Below are positions 41,286 through 50,401 of a stretch of 64,000 nt of DNA, piece after piece. The position numbers were made by a program, and so were the translations under genes. Within the stretch, counting starts at the first letter, position 1, and every line of letters starts with the position of its first letter. Origin of the DNA: Myxococcota bacterium (lineage in GTDB: Bacteria > Myxococcota_A > UBA9042 > PHBI01 > JAWLBL01); NCBI GenBank assembly GCA_041687695.1, contig JAWLBL010000027.1, positions 32,001 to 96,000 of the forward strand. The letters run 5' to 3'. The notes beneath the pieces are model-generated. The model did not search any database. It was not told the DNA's origin and saw only the letters and a list, made by a program, of their open reading frames with translations.

Positions 41286-41654
41286 ATGTCCGGTAGAGTG
41301 GTTGCCGTCCGAGACCAGTCCAAGTTCGGGACCAAGCGCATCTGCGTGTCGTGCACCGCGCGGTTCTACGACTTCAACAAGGCGAGCTTCACGTGCCCCA
41401 AGTGCGGCACGGAGCAGACCGCCACGACCCCCTCGAAGCTCACCATCGACGAACTCATCATCAAGGATGAGGAGGAGAGCCGCCGAAAGCTCGCCACGCG
41501 CAGCATCGACAGCGATGACGGCGAGGAAGAAGCGGACGACGACATCGAGATGGAGGAGCTCGACATCGACGCCGGCGGCGACGAGGACCTCGGCGACGAC
41601 GAGGAGGTCGAAAGCGGCGGTGACGAGGAGTACGAGGAGGACGAGCGCGACTAG
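41286..41654 (+). CDS. FYDLN acid domain protein (TIGR02300-like)
   Basis: GTKRICVSCTARFYDFNK...CPKCG followed by a long Asp/Glu tail; exact start uncertain. Confidence 0.9.
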   Translation: MSGRVVAVRDQSKFGTKRICVSCTARFYDFNKASFTCPKCGTEQTATTPSKLTIDELIIKDEEESRRKLATRSIDSDDGEEEADDDIEMEELDIDAGGDEDLGDDEEVESGGDEEYEEDERD

Positions 41655-41773
41655 CCTCGCCCTCGATGCGCGACGTCGCTCACCCGCGGTGGGTGACGTC
41701 GGGTCGACTCATGGACGCGGGCGACCTTCGACAGAAGGGGCCCGCGTTCGTCGTTTCGAAGACCCGGCCGGCG

Positions 41774-43450
41774 TCAGCGGCGCAGCCCCGGGATGTCGAC
41801 GCCGCGATCCCGGGCGATGTCGATGGCGCGCTCGTAGCCGGCGTCGGCGTGGCGCATGACGCCCAGGGCCGGGTCGCTGGTCAGGACGCGCTGCAGGCGG
41901 GCGGCGGCCTCGTCGGAGCCGTCGGCCACGATGACGACGCCAGCGTGCTCGCTGTAGCCGATGCCGACGCCGCCGCCGCCGTGGACGCTGACCCAGGAGG
42001 CCCCGTTCACCGCGTTGGCCAGCGCGTTCAGGATGGGCCAGTCGGCGATGGCGTCCGAGCCGTCGCGCATCGACTCGGTCTCGCGGTTGGGGCTGGCGAC
42101 GGAGCCCGAGTCCAGGTGGTCGCGCCCGATGACGATGGGCGCCTTCACCTCGCCGCGGCGGACCAGCTCGTTGAAGGCGAGGCCGGCGCGGGCGCGCTCG
42201 CCGTAGCCCAGCCAGCAGATGCGCGCCGGCAGCCCCTGGAAGGCGACGCGCTCGCGGGCCATGTCGAGCCAGTTGACGAGGGCGCGATCCTCGGGGAAGA
42301 GCTGCTTGAGCGTCTCGTCGGTGCGGTAGATGTCCTCGGGGTCGCCCGAGAGCGCGACCCAGCGGAAGGGGCCCTTGCCCTCGCAGAACAGCGGCCGGAT
42401 GTAGGCCGGGACGAAGCCCGGGAAGGCGCGATCGGCGCCCAGCAGGCCGCCCGACTCGGCGGCGGCGCGGATGTTGTTGCCGTAGTCGAAGACGTGCGAG
42501 CCCTGGTCGCGCAGGCCCATCATCGCGCGCACGTGCCGGACGACCGTGGCGTAGGACAGCTCGATGTAGCGGCTCGGCTCTTCGGCGCGCAGGGCCTCGG
42601 CCTCGGCCAGGGCCAGCCCGGCCGGCACATAGCCGCCCAGCATGTCGTGGGCCGAGGTCTGGTCGGTGACCAGCTCGGGGCGCACGTCCTGCTCGAGCAC
42701 CGCCTCGAACAGATCGGCCGCGTTGGCGCGCACCGCGATGGACACGGCCTCGCCGTTGCGGCGCGCCTGGACGGCCCGGGCGATGCCCTGGCCCATGTCG
42801 TCGTAGGCCTCGTCCAGGTAGCGCGTGTCGAGCCGCCGCTTGATGCGGCCGGGGTCCACCTCGGCCACCAGGGCCGTGCCGCCGTTCATCGTGACGGCCA
42901 GCGGCTGCGCGCCCCCCATGCCGCCCAGGCCGGCCGTCAGCGTCAGGGTGCCGCGCAAGGTGCCCCGCGCTGGGAAGTGCTGACGCGCCGCCTCGGCGAA
43001 GGTCTCGTAGGTGCCCTGCAGGATCCCCTGGGTGCCGATGTAGATCCACGACCCCGCGGTCATCTGCCCGTACATCGTCAGGCCCTTGGCCTCGAGCTCG
43101 CGGAAGTGCGTCCAGTCGGCCCACTTCGGGACCAGCAGCGAGTTGGCGAGCAGGACGCGGGGCGCGTCGCGGTGGGTCTTGAGGACGCCGACCGCCCGCC
43201 CCGACTGCACCAGCATCGTCTCGTCGTCCTCGAGCCGCTCGAGCGTCGCCACGATGCGGTCGAAGTCGCCCCAGCTGCGCGCCGCCCGCCCCGACCCGCC
43301 GTAGACGACCAGGTCCTGCGGGCGCTCGGCCACCTCGGGGTCGAGGTTGTTCAGGAGCATCCGGAGCGCGGCCTCCTGCACCCAGCCCTTGCAGCGGAGG
43401 GTCGTGCCACGCGGGGCGCCGGTCAGGGCGCGCGTCGAATCACCAGCCAT
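41774..43450 (-). CDS. hutU: Urocanate hydratase
   Basis: [94 protein letters not shown]. Confidence 0.97.
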   Translation of the reverse strand: MAGDSTRALTGAPRGTTLRCKGWVQEAALRMLLNNLDPEVAERPQDLVVYGGSGRAARSWGDFDRIVATLERLEDDETMLVQSGRAVGVLKTHRDAPRVLLANSLLVPKWADWTHFRELEAKGLTMYGQMTAGSWIYIGTQGILQGTYETFAEAARQHFPARGTLRGTLTLTAGLGGMGGAQPLAVTMNGGTALVAEVDPGRIKRRLDTRYLDEAYDDMGQGIARAVQARRNGEAVSIAVRANAADLFEAVLEQDVRPELVTDQTSAHDMLGGYVPAGLALAEAEALRAEEPSRYIELSYATVVRHVRAMMGLRDQGSHVFDYGNNIRAAAESGGLLGADRAFPGFVPAYIRPLFCEGKGPFRWVALSGDPEDIYRTDETLKQLFPEDRALVNWLDMARERVAFQGLPARICWLGYGERARAGLAFNELVRRGEVKAPIVIGRDHLDSGSVASPNRETESMRDGSDAIADWPILNALANAVNGASWVSVHGGGGVGIGYSEHAGVVIVADGSDEAAARLQRVLTSDPALGVMRHADAGYERAIDIARDRGVDIPGLRR

Positions 43451-43838
43451 TGCGTTCCTCCCAACGGGCCAGCCCATAGGCGCCGACCCAGGCGCCCAGC
43501 GCGTCGGCCGCCAGGTCCAGCCACTCGGCGCTGCGTCCGGGGATCGCCGCCTGCGCGAGTTCGACCGCTGTACCGTAGGCGACCGATAAGATCCAGGCCG
43601 ACCGCGCAGGGTGGGCCACGCTCACGGCCAGGGCGCGGGCGCGCAGGGCCGTCTCGAGCAGCGCCGCCAGCACCAGCCACGACACGAAGTGCCCGACCTT
43701 GTCGGCGTGGTCGAAGCCGCCCAGCGGCACGTGCGGCGGCCGTGGCGTCAGGGTCAGCCACGTCAGCGCCAGCGCCCAGGCGGCGAGCAGCCCCCGCCGC
43801 AGGGCCACGCGGCGCGGTGGATCGATGCCGCCCGCCAC
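43440..43838 (-). CDS. VanZ family membrane protein
   Basis: [34 protein letters not shown]. Confidence 0.88.
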   Translation of the reverse strand: MAGGIDPPRRVALRRGLLAAWALALTWLTLTPRPPHVPLGGFDHADKVGHFVSWLVLAALLETALRARALAVSVAHPARSAWILSVAYGTAVELAQAAIPGRSAEWLDLAADALGAWVGAYGLARWEERNGW

Positions 43839-43840
43839 GC

Positions 43841-44458
43841 CTACATCTTGTACTTGCCGAAGAGATCCGGGTCGAGGTCCTCGAGGCGGACGTCGTCGGA
43901 CCCGGTCAGGGCCAGCGCCGGCTCGGGCTCGGGCTCGGCGGCCACTTCGTCGCCGACGAGGGCCGCGTCGTCGTGGGCCGCCAGGGTGTCGTCGTCGACC
44001 AGCGCGGCGGCCTCGGCCTCGGCGTCGGTCTCGTCGGCGAAGCCGCCGGCCTCCTCGAGCACGTCCTGCGCCACGAAGATGGGCGCGCCGGCCCGCAGGG
44101 CGAGGGCGACGCTGTCCGAGGGGCGGGCGTCCAGGTGGCGAAGGCCGCCGGCGCCGTCGGTCAGCGTCACCTCGGCGAAGAAGGTGCCGTCGGCCAGGCG
44201 CGTGATGGTGACGCGGCGCACCTGCCAGCCCAGCGTCTGCACGACGGTGGCCAGCAGATCGTGGGTCAGCGGGCGCGGCACCTCGACCTGCGCGAGGAAG
44301 GTCGCGATGGCGGTCGCCTCGAGCCCGCCGATGAAGATGGGCAGGTACAGCCGCGGCTCGGCGAGGCCCCGCAGGATGAGGACCGGCGACTGGCTGGCGG
44401 GGTCCACGACCACGGCCGCCACCCGCATGGGGACCGCTGCTTCCGAACGCTCAGTCAT
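43841..44458 (-). CDS. Bifunctional nuclease family protein (DUF151)
   Basis: LPIFIGGLEATAI, PRPLTHDL, DGTFFA, LDARPSDSVALALR...PIFV. Confidence 0.92.
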   Translation of the reverse strand: MTERSEAAVPMRVAAVVVDPASQSPVLILRGLAEPRLYLPIFIGGLEATAIATFLAQVEVPRPLTHDLLATVVQTLGWQVRRVTITRLADGTFFAEVTLTDGAGGLRHLDARPSDSVALALRAGAPIFVAQDVLEEAGGFADETDAEAEAAALVDDDTLAAHDDAALVGDEVAAEPEPEPALALTGSDDVRLEDLDPDLFGKYKM

Positions 44459-44486
44459 CACCCGACCCGGCCGCGCCCCGAACGCT

Positions 44487-45896
44487 TCAGACGATCTGGC
44501 CGTAGAGGCTGTGCGGCTTCACGTCGGTCACCTTAACGTGCGCCAACTGCCCGATCCAGCGGCGAGTCCAGAAGTCCCCCATCGGCACGGGCACGTTGAC
44601 GATGACGTTCGTGCGGGTGCGGCCCATGATCTGCCACTCGGCGGGCTGCCCCTTGCTGGCGCTGCGCGAGGGCCCCTCGAACAGCACCTCGACCGTGCGG
44701 TCCTGGTAGCTCGCCATGTGCTCGGCCGTGATGGCCTGCTGCAGCGCGAGCACCTGGGTCAGCCGCTCGCTCTTGACCGCCTCGGGGACGTCGTCGGGCA
44801 TCTGGGCCGCCTTCGTGCCCGGGCGCGGCGAGTACTTGAAGGCGAAGATCGAGTGGTAACGCACCTGCCGCAGCAGCGCGAGGGTCTGCTGGAAGTCCTC
44901 GTCGGTCTCGCCGGGGTAGCCGACGATGATGTCCGTCGTCAGCGCCATGTCGGGGTGCCGGGCCTTCAGGCGCGCGGCCCGCTCGAGGTAGTGGGCGACC
45001 GTGTAGTTGCGGCGCATCGAGGTCAGCAGGCGGTCCGAGCCGCTCTGGACCGGCAGGTGGAACATCTCGCACAGCGTGCGGAGGTCGCCGAAGCAGTCGA
45101 TGAGCGCGTCGGTGCAGTCCATCGGGTGCGAGGTGGTGAAGCGCAGGCGCTCGAGGCCCGGCACGGCGTCGACCGCGCGCAGCAGCTCGGCGAAGTGGAC
45201 CTCGCGCTGCTTGTCCTTGCCGTAGCTGTTGACGTTCTGACCGAGCAGCGTCACCTCGCGCACGCCGGAGCCGACCAGCCGCTCGACCTCGCGGACCACC
45301 ATCTCGGCGGGCTTGGACACCTCGCGGCCGCGGGTGAAGGGCACGATGCAGAAGCTGCAGACCTTGTCGCAGCCCTTCATGATGGTGACGAACTCGGTGA
45401 CCTTGCCGTCTGCCTTGGGCTCGGCCTCGATGAAGCTGTAGTCCTTGCGCTTGAAGAAGGTGGTCTCCGACACCCGTCCGTCGCTGCCCCGCACGCGCTC
45501 GAGCAGCTCGGGCAGCTGCGCGATGTTGTCGGGCCCGAAGACGAGGTCCAGGTAGGGCACCTTCTCGAGGAGCTTGCGGCCCTCCTGCTGCGCCACGCAC
45601 CCGGCGACGCCCAGCACGAGATCGTCGTTGAACTCCTTGAGCGGCGCGAGGCGCCCGAGCTGGCTCAGGACCTTCTGTTCGGCCTTGTCGCGCACGCTGC
45701 AGGTGTTGAGCAGGATGAGGTTGGCGCGGGCCGGGTCGTCGGTGGCCTCGTAGCCGTGCGGCCCCAGGACCTGCAGGATGCGGTCCGTATCGTTCACGTT
45801 CATCTGGCAGCCGAAGGTCTGCACGTGGACGTACCGCGGGGGGCGGTCGGCGGCGGTCGGGGTCGGCTCGGGGCTGGGCGGGAGCGCGGCGCTCAT
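44487..45896 (-). CDS. miaB: tRNA-2-methylthio-N6-isopentenyladenosine synthase
   Basis: TFGCQMN, LNTCSVR, GCVAQ, radical-SAM GCDKVCSFCIVP, LLGQNVNSY, RFTTSHP, HLPVQSGS, TDIIVGYPGET, C-terminal TRAM domain. Confidence 0.96.
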   Translation of the reverse strand: MSAALPPSPEPTPTAADRPPRYVHVQTFGCQMNVNDTDRILQVLGPHGYEATDDPARANLILLNTCSVRDKAEQKVLSQLGRLAPLKEFNDDLVLGVAGCVAQQEGRKLLEKVPYLDLVFGPDNIAQLPELLERVRGSDGRVSETTFFKRKDYSFIEAEPKADGKVTEFVTIMKGCDKVCSFCIVPFTRGREVSKPAEMVVREVERLVGSGVREVTLLGQNVNSYGKDKQREVHFAELLRAVDAVPGLERLRFTTSHPMDCTDALIDCFGDLRTLCEMFHLPVQSGSDRLLTSMRRNYTVAHYLERAARLKARHPDMALTTDIIVGYPGETDEDFQQTLALLRQVRYHSIFAFKYSPRPGTKAAQMPDDVPEAVKSERLTQVLALQQAITAEHMASYQDRTVEVLFEGPSRSASKGQPAEWQIMGRTRTNVIVNVPVPMGDFWTRRWIGQLAHVKVTDVKPHSLYGQIV

Positions 45897-45999
45897 GGAG
45901 TCCTCCGTGCGCGCGGGGCCGCGGGCGCGGCCGGCCGGCGCGGGCCGCGGAAGTTAGCCCCGGGGTCGTGGCGAGTCAATCGGGCGTGGCCCGCCCCGG

Positions 46000-47595
46000 T
46001 CAGAGCGGCGCGAAGGGCAGGACGGCCTTGATGTCGGAGTCGGTCCAGTGGGCGCCGAGGCCGATGAAGTAGTCGCGCGAGTCGCCGTTGAGGATGTCGT
46101 CGAGGCCGGCCGCCAGGTAGAGGTTCTTGGCGAAGTCGTAGGCGGCGAGGATGCGGACGCGGGGGAGGCGCTCGATGCCGAACTGGAAGACATCGAGCTT
46201 GAAGCGCAGGGCGTCCTCGAGCAGATCGAGGTCGACGCCCCAGCCGCCGGTGGACTCCATGATGCCGTAGCGGAAGGTGAGGAAGTGCCACCGCTTGGCG
46301 AACTGGGCGGTGAACTTGAGCTCGTCGGAGGTGGTCGTGACGTCCTCGACCAGGACGGGGGGCTTGGTCGGGTCGTTGGTCTGGGTGACGCGCAGCGAGG
46401 AGCGGACGCGGCCGCGGGGGTCGTCGACGAGCTGGAGGAAGTAGTACTTGTCGGGCCGGGGGCGGAGGCGGACGTTGATGTAGTGCTTGAGGGCGTTTTG
46501 CCCGAAGAGGTACTCGGAGCGGAACTCGAGGTCGACCTGCAGCTGCGAGATGCGGGAGGTGATGTCGCCGATGTCCTCGACGACCTGCTCGACGCCCTCG
46601 ACCAGGCGGTCGTCGTTGATGAGGCGGCCCACCGTGCCCTCGCCCGCGTCTATCTTGCGGGTGATGGACTGGACGTTGTCGAGGCTGCCCTGCAGCGTCG
46701 CGAGGTTCTGGTCGGCCTTGTTGAGCACCTCGGCGAGCGTGCCGGGCCGGCGCTCGTCGCCGCTGGCGGTCTGCTCGCCGATGAAGCGCCGGAGGTCGGC
46801 CGTCATCGTGTCGACGTTGTTCAGGATGCGGTCGAGCTTGCGGTCGACCTTGCCCGCGCTGCTGCGCAGCGAGCCGGTGGTGTCGCGGACGTTGTCGACG
46901 ATGACCTTGATGTCGTCGCCCCGCGGGTAGATGTCGCTGCGCATGAACTCACGCAGCTCGCCCGAGGCCGTCGCGATGTTGCGGGCCGTCGAGGCGACGT
47001 CGTCGCGGATCTGGCGCAGCGCCGCCGCGCCGGCCTCGTCGCCGATGGCGGTGCGCAGGCTGCCCGTGATGGCGCTGATGTCGTCGGTGATCTTCTCGAG
47101 CTTGGGGAAGATGGTCTCCGACGACTCCTCGAGCTGGTTCATGATGGCGCCGAGGCCCGACTCGGTCACCGTGTTGCGGATCTGGCCGTTGGGCTGGATG
47201 ACCTCGCCCGCGACGCCCGGGGTCAGGGCGATGTAGTAGTCGCCGAGGAGGCTGGCCTGCAGGCGCGAGGCGGTGGCGCCGTTGACCCAGACGCCGGTCG
47301 CCGGGTCCAGCACGCCCTCGTAGAGCTTGACCTTCTTGTCGACGAGCATCCAGACCCGCGCCTTGGTCTGGTCGTCGGGGTCGAGGCGGATCGAGGTGAT
47401 CTGCCCGACCGGGATGCCGCTGATCATGATGCGCGAGTTCTCGACGAGGCCGGTCGCGTCGTCGAAGACGGCGTACACCGGGTACGCGTCGTCGCGTCCG
47501 ATGCCGGTGTCGAGGCGACCGAAGGCGTAGATGAACGCGAAGGCGCCGATGATGAGGAGGAGCCCCACGAGGAGCGGCGTCCGCTTCTTCATCAT
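46000..47595 (-). CDS. mlaD: Long MlaD/MCE-domain protein with a coiled-coil stalk and a beta-rich C-terminus
   Basis: N-terminal TM; FDDATGL..SRI..SGIPVGQI, SLLGDYYIALTPG; heptad-rich helices; GEGTVGRLIND; amphipathic strands at the end. Confidence 0.85.
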   Translation of the reverse strand: MMKKRTPLLVGLLLIIGAFAFIYAFGRLDTGIGRDDAYPVYAVFDDATGLVENSRIMISGIPVGQITSIRLDPDDQTKARVWMLVDKKVKLYEGVLDPATGVWVNGATASRLQASLLGDYYIALTPGVAGEVIQPNGQIRNTVTESGLGAIMNQLEESSETIFPKLEKITDDISAITGSLRTAIGDEAGAAALRQIRDDVASTARNIATASGELREFMRSDIYPRGDDIKVIVDNVRDTTGSLRSSAGKVDRKLDRILNNVDTMTADLRRFIGEQTASGDERRPGTLAEVLNKADQNLATLQGSLDNVQSITRKIDAGEGTVGRLINDDRLVEGVEQVVEDIGDITSRISQLQVDLEFRSEYLFGQNALKHYINVRLRPRPDKYYFLQLVDDPRGRVRSSLRVTQTNDPTKPPVLVEDVTTTSDELKFTAQFAKRWHFLTFRYGIMESTGGWGVDLDLLEDALRFKLDVFQFGIERLPRVRILAAYDFAKNLYLAAGLDDILNGDSRDYFIGLGAHWTDSDIKAVLPFAPL

Positions 47596-47650
47596 CGGCG
47601 GGCGTGCTCCGGGCTGCGGGAGGCGGCGGGTGTCAAGGAGGCGAGCCCTT

Positions 47651-48418
47651 CTAGAACATCATGACGGTGAGGAAGTAATCGAGGATGAGGATGGAGACGG
47701 AGGAGAAGACCACGGCCTGGGTCGTCGCGACGCCGACGCCGCGGGCGCCGCCGCTCGCGTGGAAGCCCTTGTAACAGGAGATGGTGGCCATCGCGAAGCC
47801 GAATACGGCCGCCTTGATGATGCCCGACCAGACGTCCCAGGGCACGACGACGTTGTCGATGCGGTCGAAGAAGACGCCCTCGTCGAGGCCCAGGCCCTTG
47901 ACGGCGACGAGCCAGGCGCCGGCGACGCCCACCACGTTGCCGAGCATGGTCAGGACGGGGACGGTGAGCGTGGCCGCGATGATGCGAGGCGTGACGAGGT
48001 ACTGCACCGGGTCCACGGCCATCGTGCGCAGCGCGTCGATCTGCTCGGTGACGTTCATCGTCCCGATCTCGGTGGCGATGGACGACCCGACGCGTCCGGT
48101 GACCATCAGCCCGGTCAGCACGGGCGACAGCTCGCGGGTGAGGGCGAGGGCGACCGTCGTGCCGACCAGGGACTCGGCGCCGAAGAGGCGAAAGGCGTAG
48201 GCGCTCTGGACCGCCATCACCATCCCGGTGAAGCCGCCCGTCAGCAGCACGATGAACAGGCTGCCGACGCCGATGAACTCGAACGACTGCAGGAAGATGC
48301 GCCACCGGAAGGGCGGCCGCAGGGCCCACACCATGGCGTCGATCGCGAGCAGGGCCATCTGGCCGACGCCTTCCACGCGGTCGAGGGTCCACTGGCCCAG
48401 CTGCTCGATGTGCTTCAC
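47651..48418 (-). CDS. mlaE: MlaE family ABC permease
   Basis: GVGSL, RELSPVLTGLMVTGRVGS.IATEIGTM.VTEQIDAL, YLVTPR, GGARGVG.ATTQAVV; GTG start at 48418. Confidence 0.95.
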   Translation of the reverse strand: MKHIEQLGQWTLDRVEGVGQMALLAIDAMVWALRPPFRWRIFLQSFEFIGVGSLFIVLLTGGFTGMVMAVQSAYAFRLFGAESLVGTTVALALTRELSPVLTGLMVTGRVGSSIATEIGTMNVTEQIDALRTMAVDPVQYLVTPRIIAATLTVPVLTMLGNVVGVAGAWLVAVKGLGLDEGVFFDRIDNVVVPWDVWSGIIKAAVFGFAMATISCYKGFHASGGARGVGVATTQAVVFSSVSILILDYFLTVMMF

Positions 48419-48532
48419 GCCGCGCAAGCTAGCCCGCGTCAGGGCTCGGCGCAACGCACAACGCGCCCGGCGCGGCAGGGGCCGCGGGCCGGGGGCTGAC
48501 AAGGCGGCGCGGCGGTGGTAGGACGCGGCCGC

Positions 48533-48751
48533 ATGGAGCCGACCCTCTCGCTCGTCGTCAACGGAGAGCCGCGCGCGTTCGCGGCCGAGCGGCTGACCGT
48601 GGCCGAGCTGCTCGAGCGCCTCGGGCAGTCCGGGCGGCGCGTGGCCGTCGAGGTCAACCGTCGGATCGTCCCGAGGGCCCGGCACGGCGAGCATCTGCTC
48701 GCGGCCGGTGACGAGGTCGAGATCGTCCAGTTCGTCGGAGGAGGGGCCTAG
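48533..48751 (+). CDS. thiS: Sulfur carrier protein ThiS (ends VGGGA)
   Basis: VNGE, TVAELL, VAVEVN..IVPR, L..GDEVEIVQFVGGG; directly precedes thiG. Confidence 0.93.
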   Translation: MEPTLSLVVNGEPRAFAAERLTVAELLERLGQSGRRVAVEVNRRIVPRARHGEHLLAAGDEVEIVQFVGGGA

Positions 48752-49603
48752 ATGGAGAGCCAGGCGGCCGTGAGCGCGTCGACGGGGACCGAGGGCGACG
48801 ACGCCCTGCGCATCGGGGGGCGTGAGTTCCGCTCGCGCCTTTTCGTCGGGACCGGGAAGTATCCGACGCGGGACATCGCGCGGCGGGCCCTCGAGGCGAG
48901 CGGCGCCGAGGTCGTCACCGTGGCCGTCCGCCGGGTGAATCTGGACCGCGACGCCGAGGACTCGTTCTGGGACAGCATCGACCTCGAGCGCTACACGCTG
49001 CTGCCGAACACGGCCGGCTGCACCACGGCCGAGCAGGCGATCCGCACGGCGATGCTCGCCCGCGAGGTCGGCATGGGTGACCTCGTGAAGCTCGAGGTCA
49101 TCGGAGACCCGGACAAGACCCTGTACCCGGACAACCAGGCGACGCTCGAGGCGGCGCGCGTGTTGGTCGCCGAGGGGTTCACCGTCCTGCCGTACGTCTC
49201 GGACGACATCGTCGTCTGCAAGCGCCTCGAGGACGCCGGGTGCGCCGCCATCATGCCGCTGGGGGCGCCGATCGGCACAGGCCTCGGCCTGCGCAACCCG
49301 GTGACCCTGCGCCTCATCATGGAGGCGGTGTCGGTGCCGGTCATCGTCGACGCTGGCGTGGGCACGGCCTCGGACGCGGCCATCGCGATGGAGCTGGGCT
49401 GCGACGCGGTGCTCATGAACACGGCCATCGCGGGCGCCCGGGATCCCGTGCTGATGGCCGGCGCCATGCGCGACGCGACGCGCGCCGGGCGCGCCGCCTA
49501 CCTGGCCGGCCGCATCCCTCGCAAGCTCTACGCCACCGCGTCGAGCCCGCTCGAGGGCGTCGTGGGGGCGCCGGCGGGCGCGCTGGTCGGGGACGGCGTT
49601 TGA
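48752..49603 (+). CDS. thiG: Thiazole synthase
   Basis: [67 protein letters not shown]. Confidence 0.97.
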   Translation: MESQAAVSASTGTEGDDALRIGGREFRSRLFVGTGKYPTRDIARRALEASGAEVVTVAVRRVNLDRDAEDSFWDSIDLERYTLLPNTAGCTTAEQAIRTAMLAREVGMGDLVKLEVIGDPDKTLYPDNQATLEAARVLVAEGFTVLPYVSDDIVVCKRLEDAGCAAIMPLGAPIGTGLGLRNPVTLRLIMEAVSVPVIVDAGVGTASDAAIAMELGCDAVLMNTAIAGARDPVLMAGAMRDATRAGRAAYLAGRIPRKLYATASSPLEGVVGAPAGALVGDGV

Positions 49604-50271
49604 TCCATCGGGCGCGCCTGGTCCTGGTGGCGGACGTGCCTTCGCTGGGGGCCGAGCGCGTCTTCGAGGTCCTCGCGCGAGTCCTGCCGATGGCCCGGGC
49701 GGGCGAGATCGCGGTCATCGATCGCGACCGCGCGGCCGATCGCGGCGGAAGCCCGGATCGGACGCGCCTGTCGCGGCTCGAGCGCTTGCGCGCGCTGACG
49801 CGGCGGCACGGGGCGGCCCTCATCGTCTCGGCGCGCGCCGATCTCGCCGTGGCCGTGGGCGCCGACGGCGTGCAGCTCCCGGAGCGCGGGGTGACGGTGA
49901 GCGCGATCCAGGAGGCGTTCCCGACCCTGCCGGTCGGGCGGTCGTGTCACGATCGGGCGGGGCTCGAGGCGGCGGCGCGGGCCGGGGCCCGCTGGGCGCT
50001 GCTCGGGCCCGTGTGGGCGCCGATTTCGAAAGCCAGCGATGGCCCGCCGATGGGGCCGGAGGGCCTGCGCGAGACGATCGCCGGGCTGCGCCTGCCCGTG
50101 TTCGGCGTGGGCGGCGTGGGGCCCGACAACGCGGCCCGCCTGTGTGCCTGCGGGGCGACCGGGGTCGCCACGATCGGCGCCGTGTTCGGCGCGACCACCC
50201 CGGAGGCGGCCGCGAGGGCCCTGCTCGCGGCCACCCGGACGCCCCCCGAGCGCGCCGCAGAAGTTGGGTGA
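49600..50271 (+). CDS. Thiamine-phosphate synthase / TenI-like TIM-barrel protein
   Basis: TTG start overlaps the thiG stop (TTGA); [47 protein letters not shown]. Confidence 0.8.
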   Translation: MIHRARLVLVADVPSLGAERVFEVLARVLPMARAGEIAVIDRDRAADRGGSPDRTRLSRLERLRALTRRHGAALIVSARADLAVAVGADGVQLPERGVTVSAIQEAFPTLPVGRSCHDRAGLEAAARAGARWALLGPVWAPISKASDGPPMGPEGLRETIAGLRLPVFGVGGVGPDNAARLCACGATGVATIGAVFGATTPEAAARALLAATRTPPERAAEVG

Positions 50272-50276
50272 ACCAT

Positions 50277-50306
50277 TTGACATTCCAGCGCAAAGGTCAG
50301 AAGAAT
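50277..50306 (+). promoter_or_regulatory. Possible sigma70 promoter of the FHA-ATPase operon
   Basis: Perfect TTGACA, 18 bp, then AAGAAT (weak -10). Confidence 0.35.
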
Positions 50307-50401
50307 TCCGCGGGACGACGTAGGGGTCGTCCGGCCCCGTCCGAGGCGCTGGACGGGTCTACGTCTCCCCCGATCATCTCTCTGCCGAGGAGCTGGGCGC
50401 G

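Noticed and set aside
48419..48532. TPP riboswitch upstream of thiS
   Set aside because: Only 114 bp, shared with the divergent mlaE promoter. GGGGGCTGACA lacks the conserved CTGAGA and the downstream aptamer elements.
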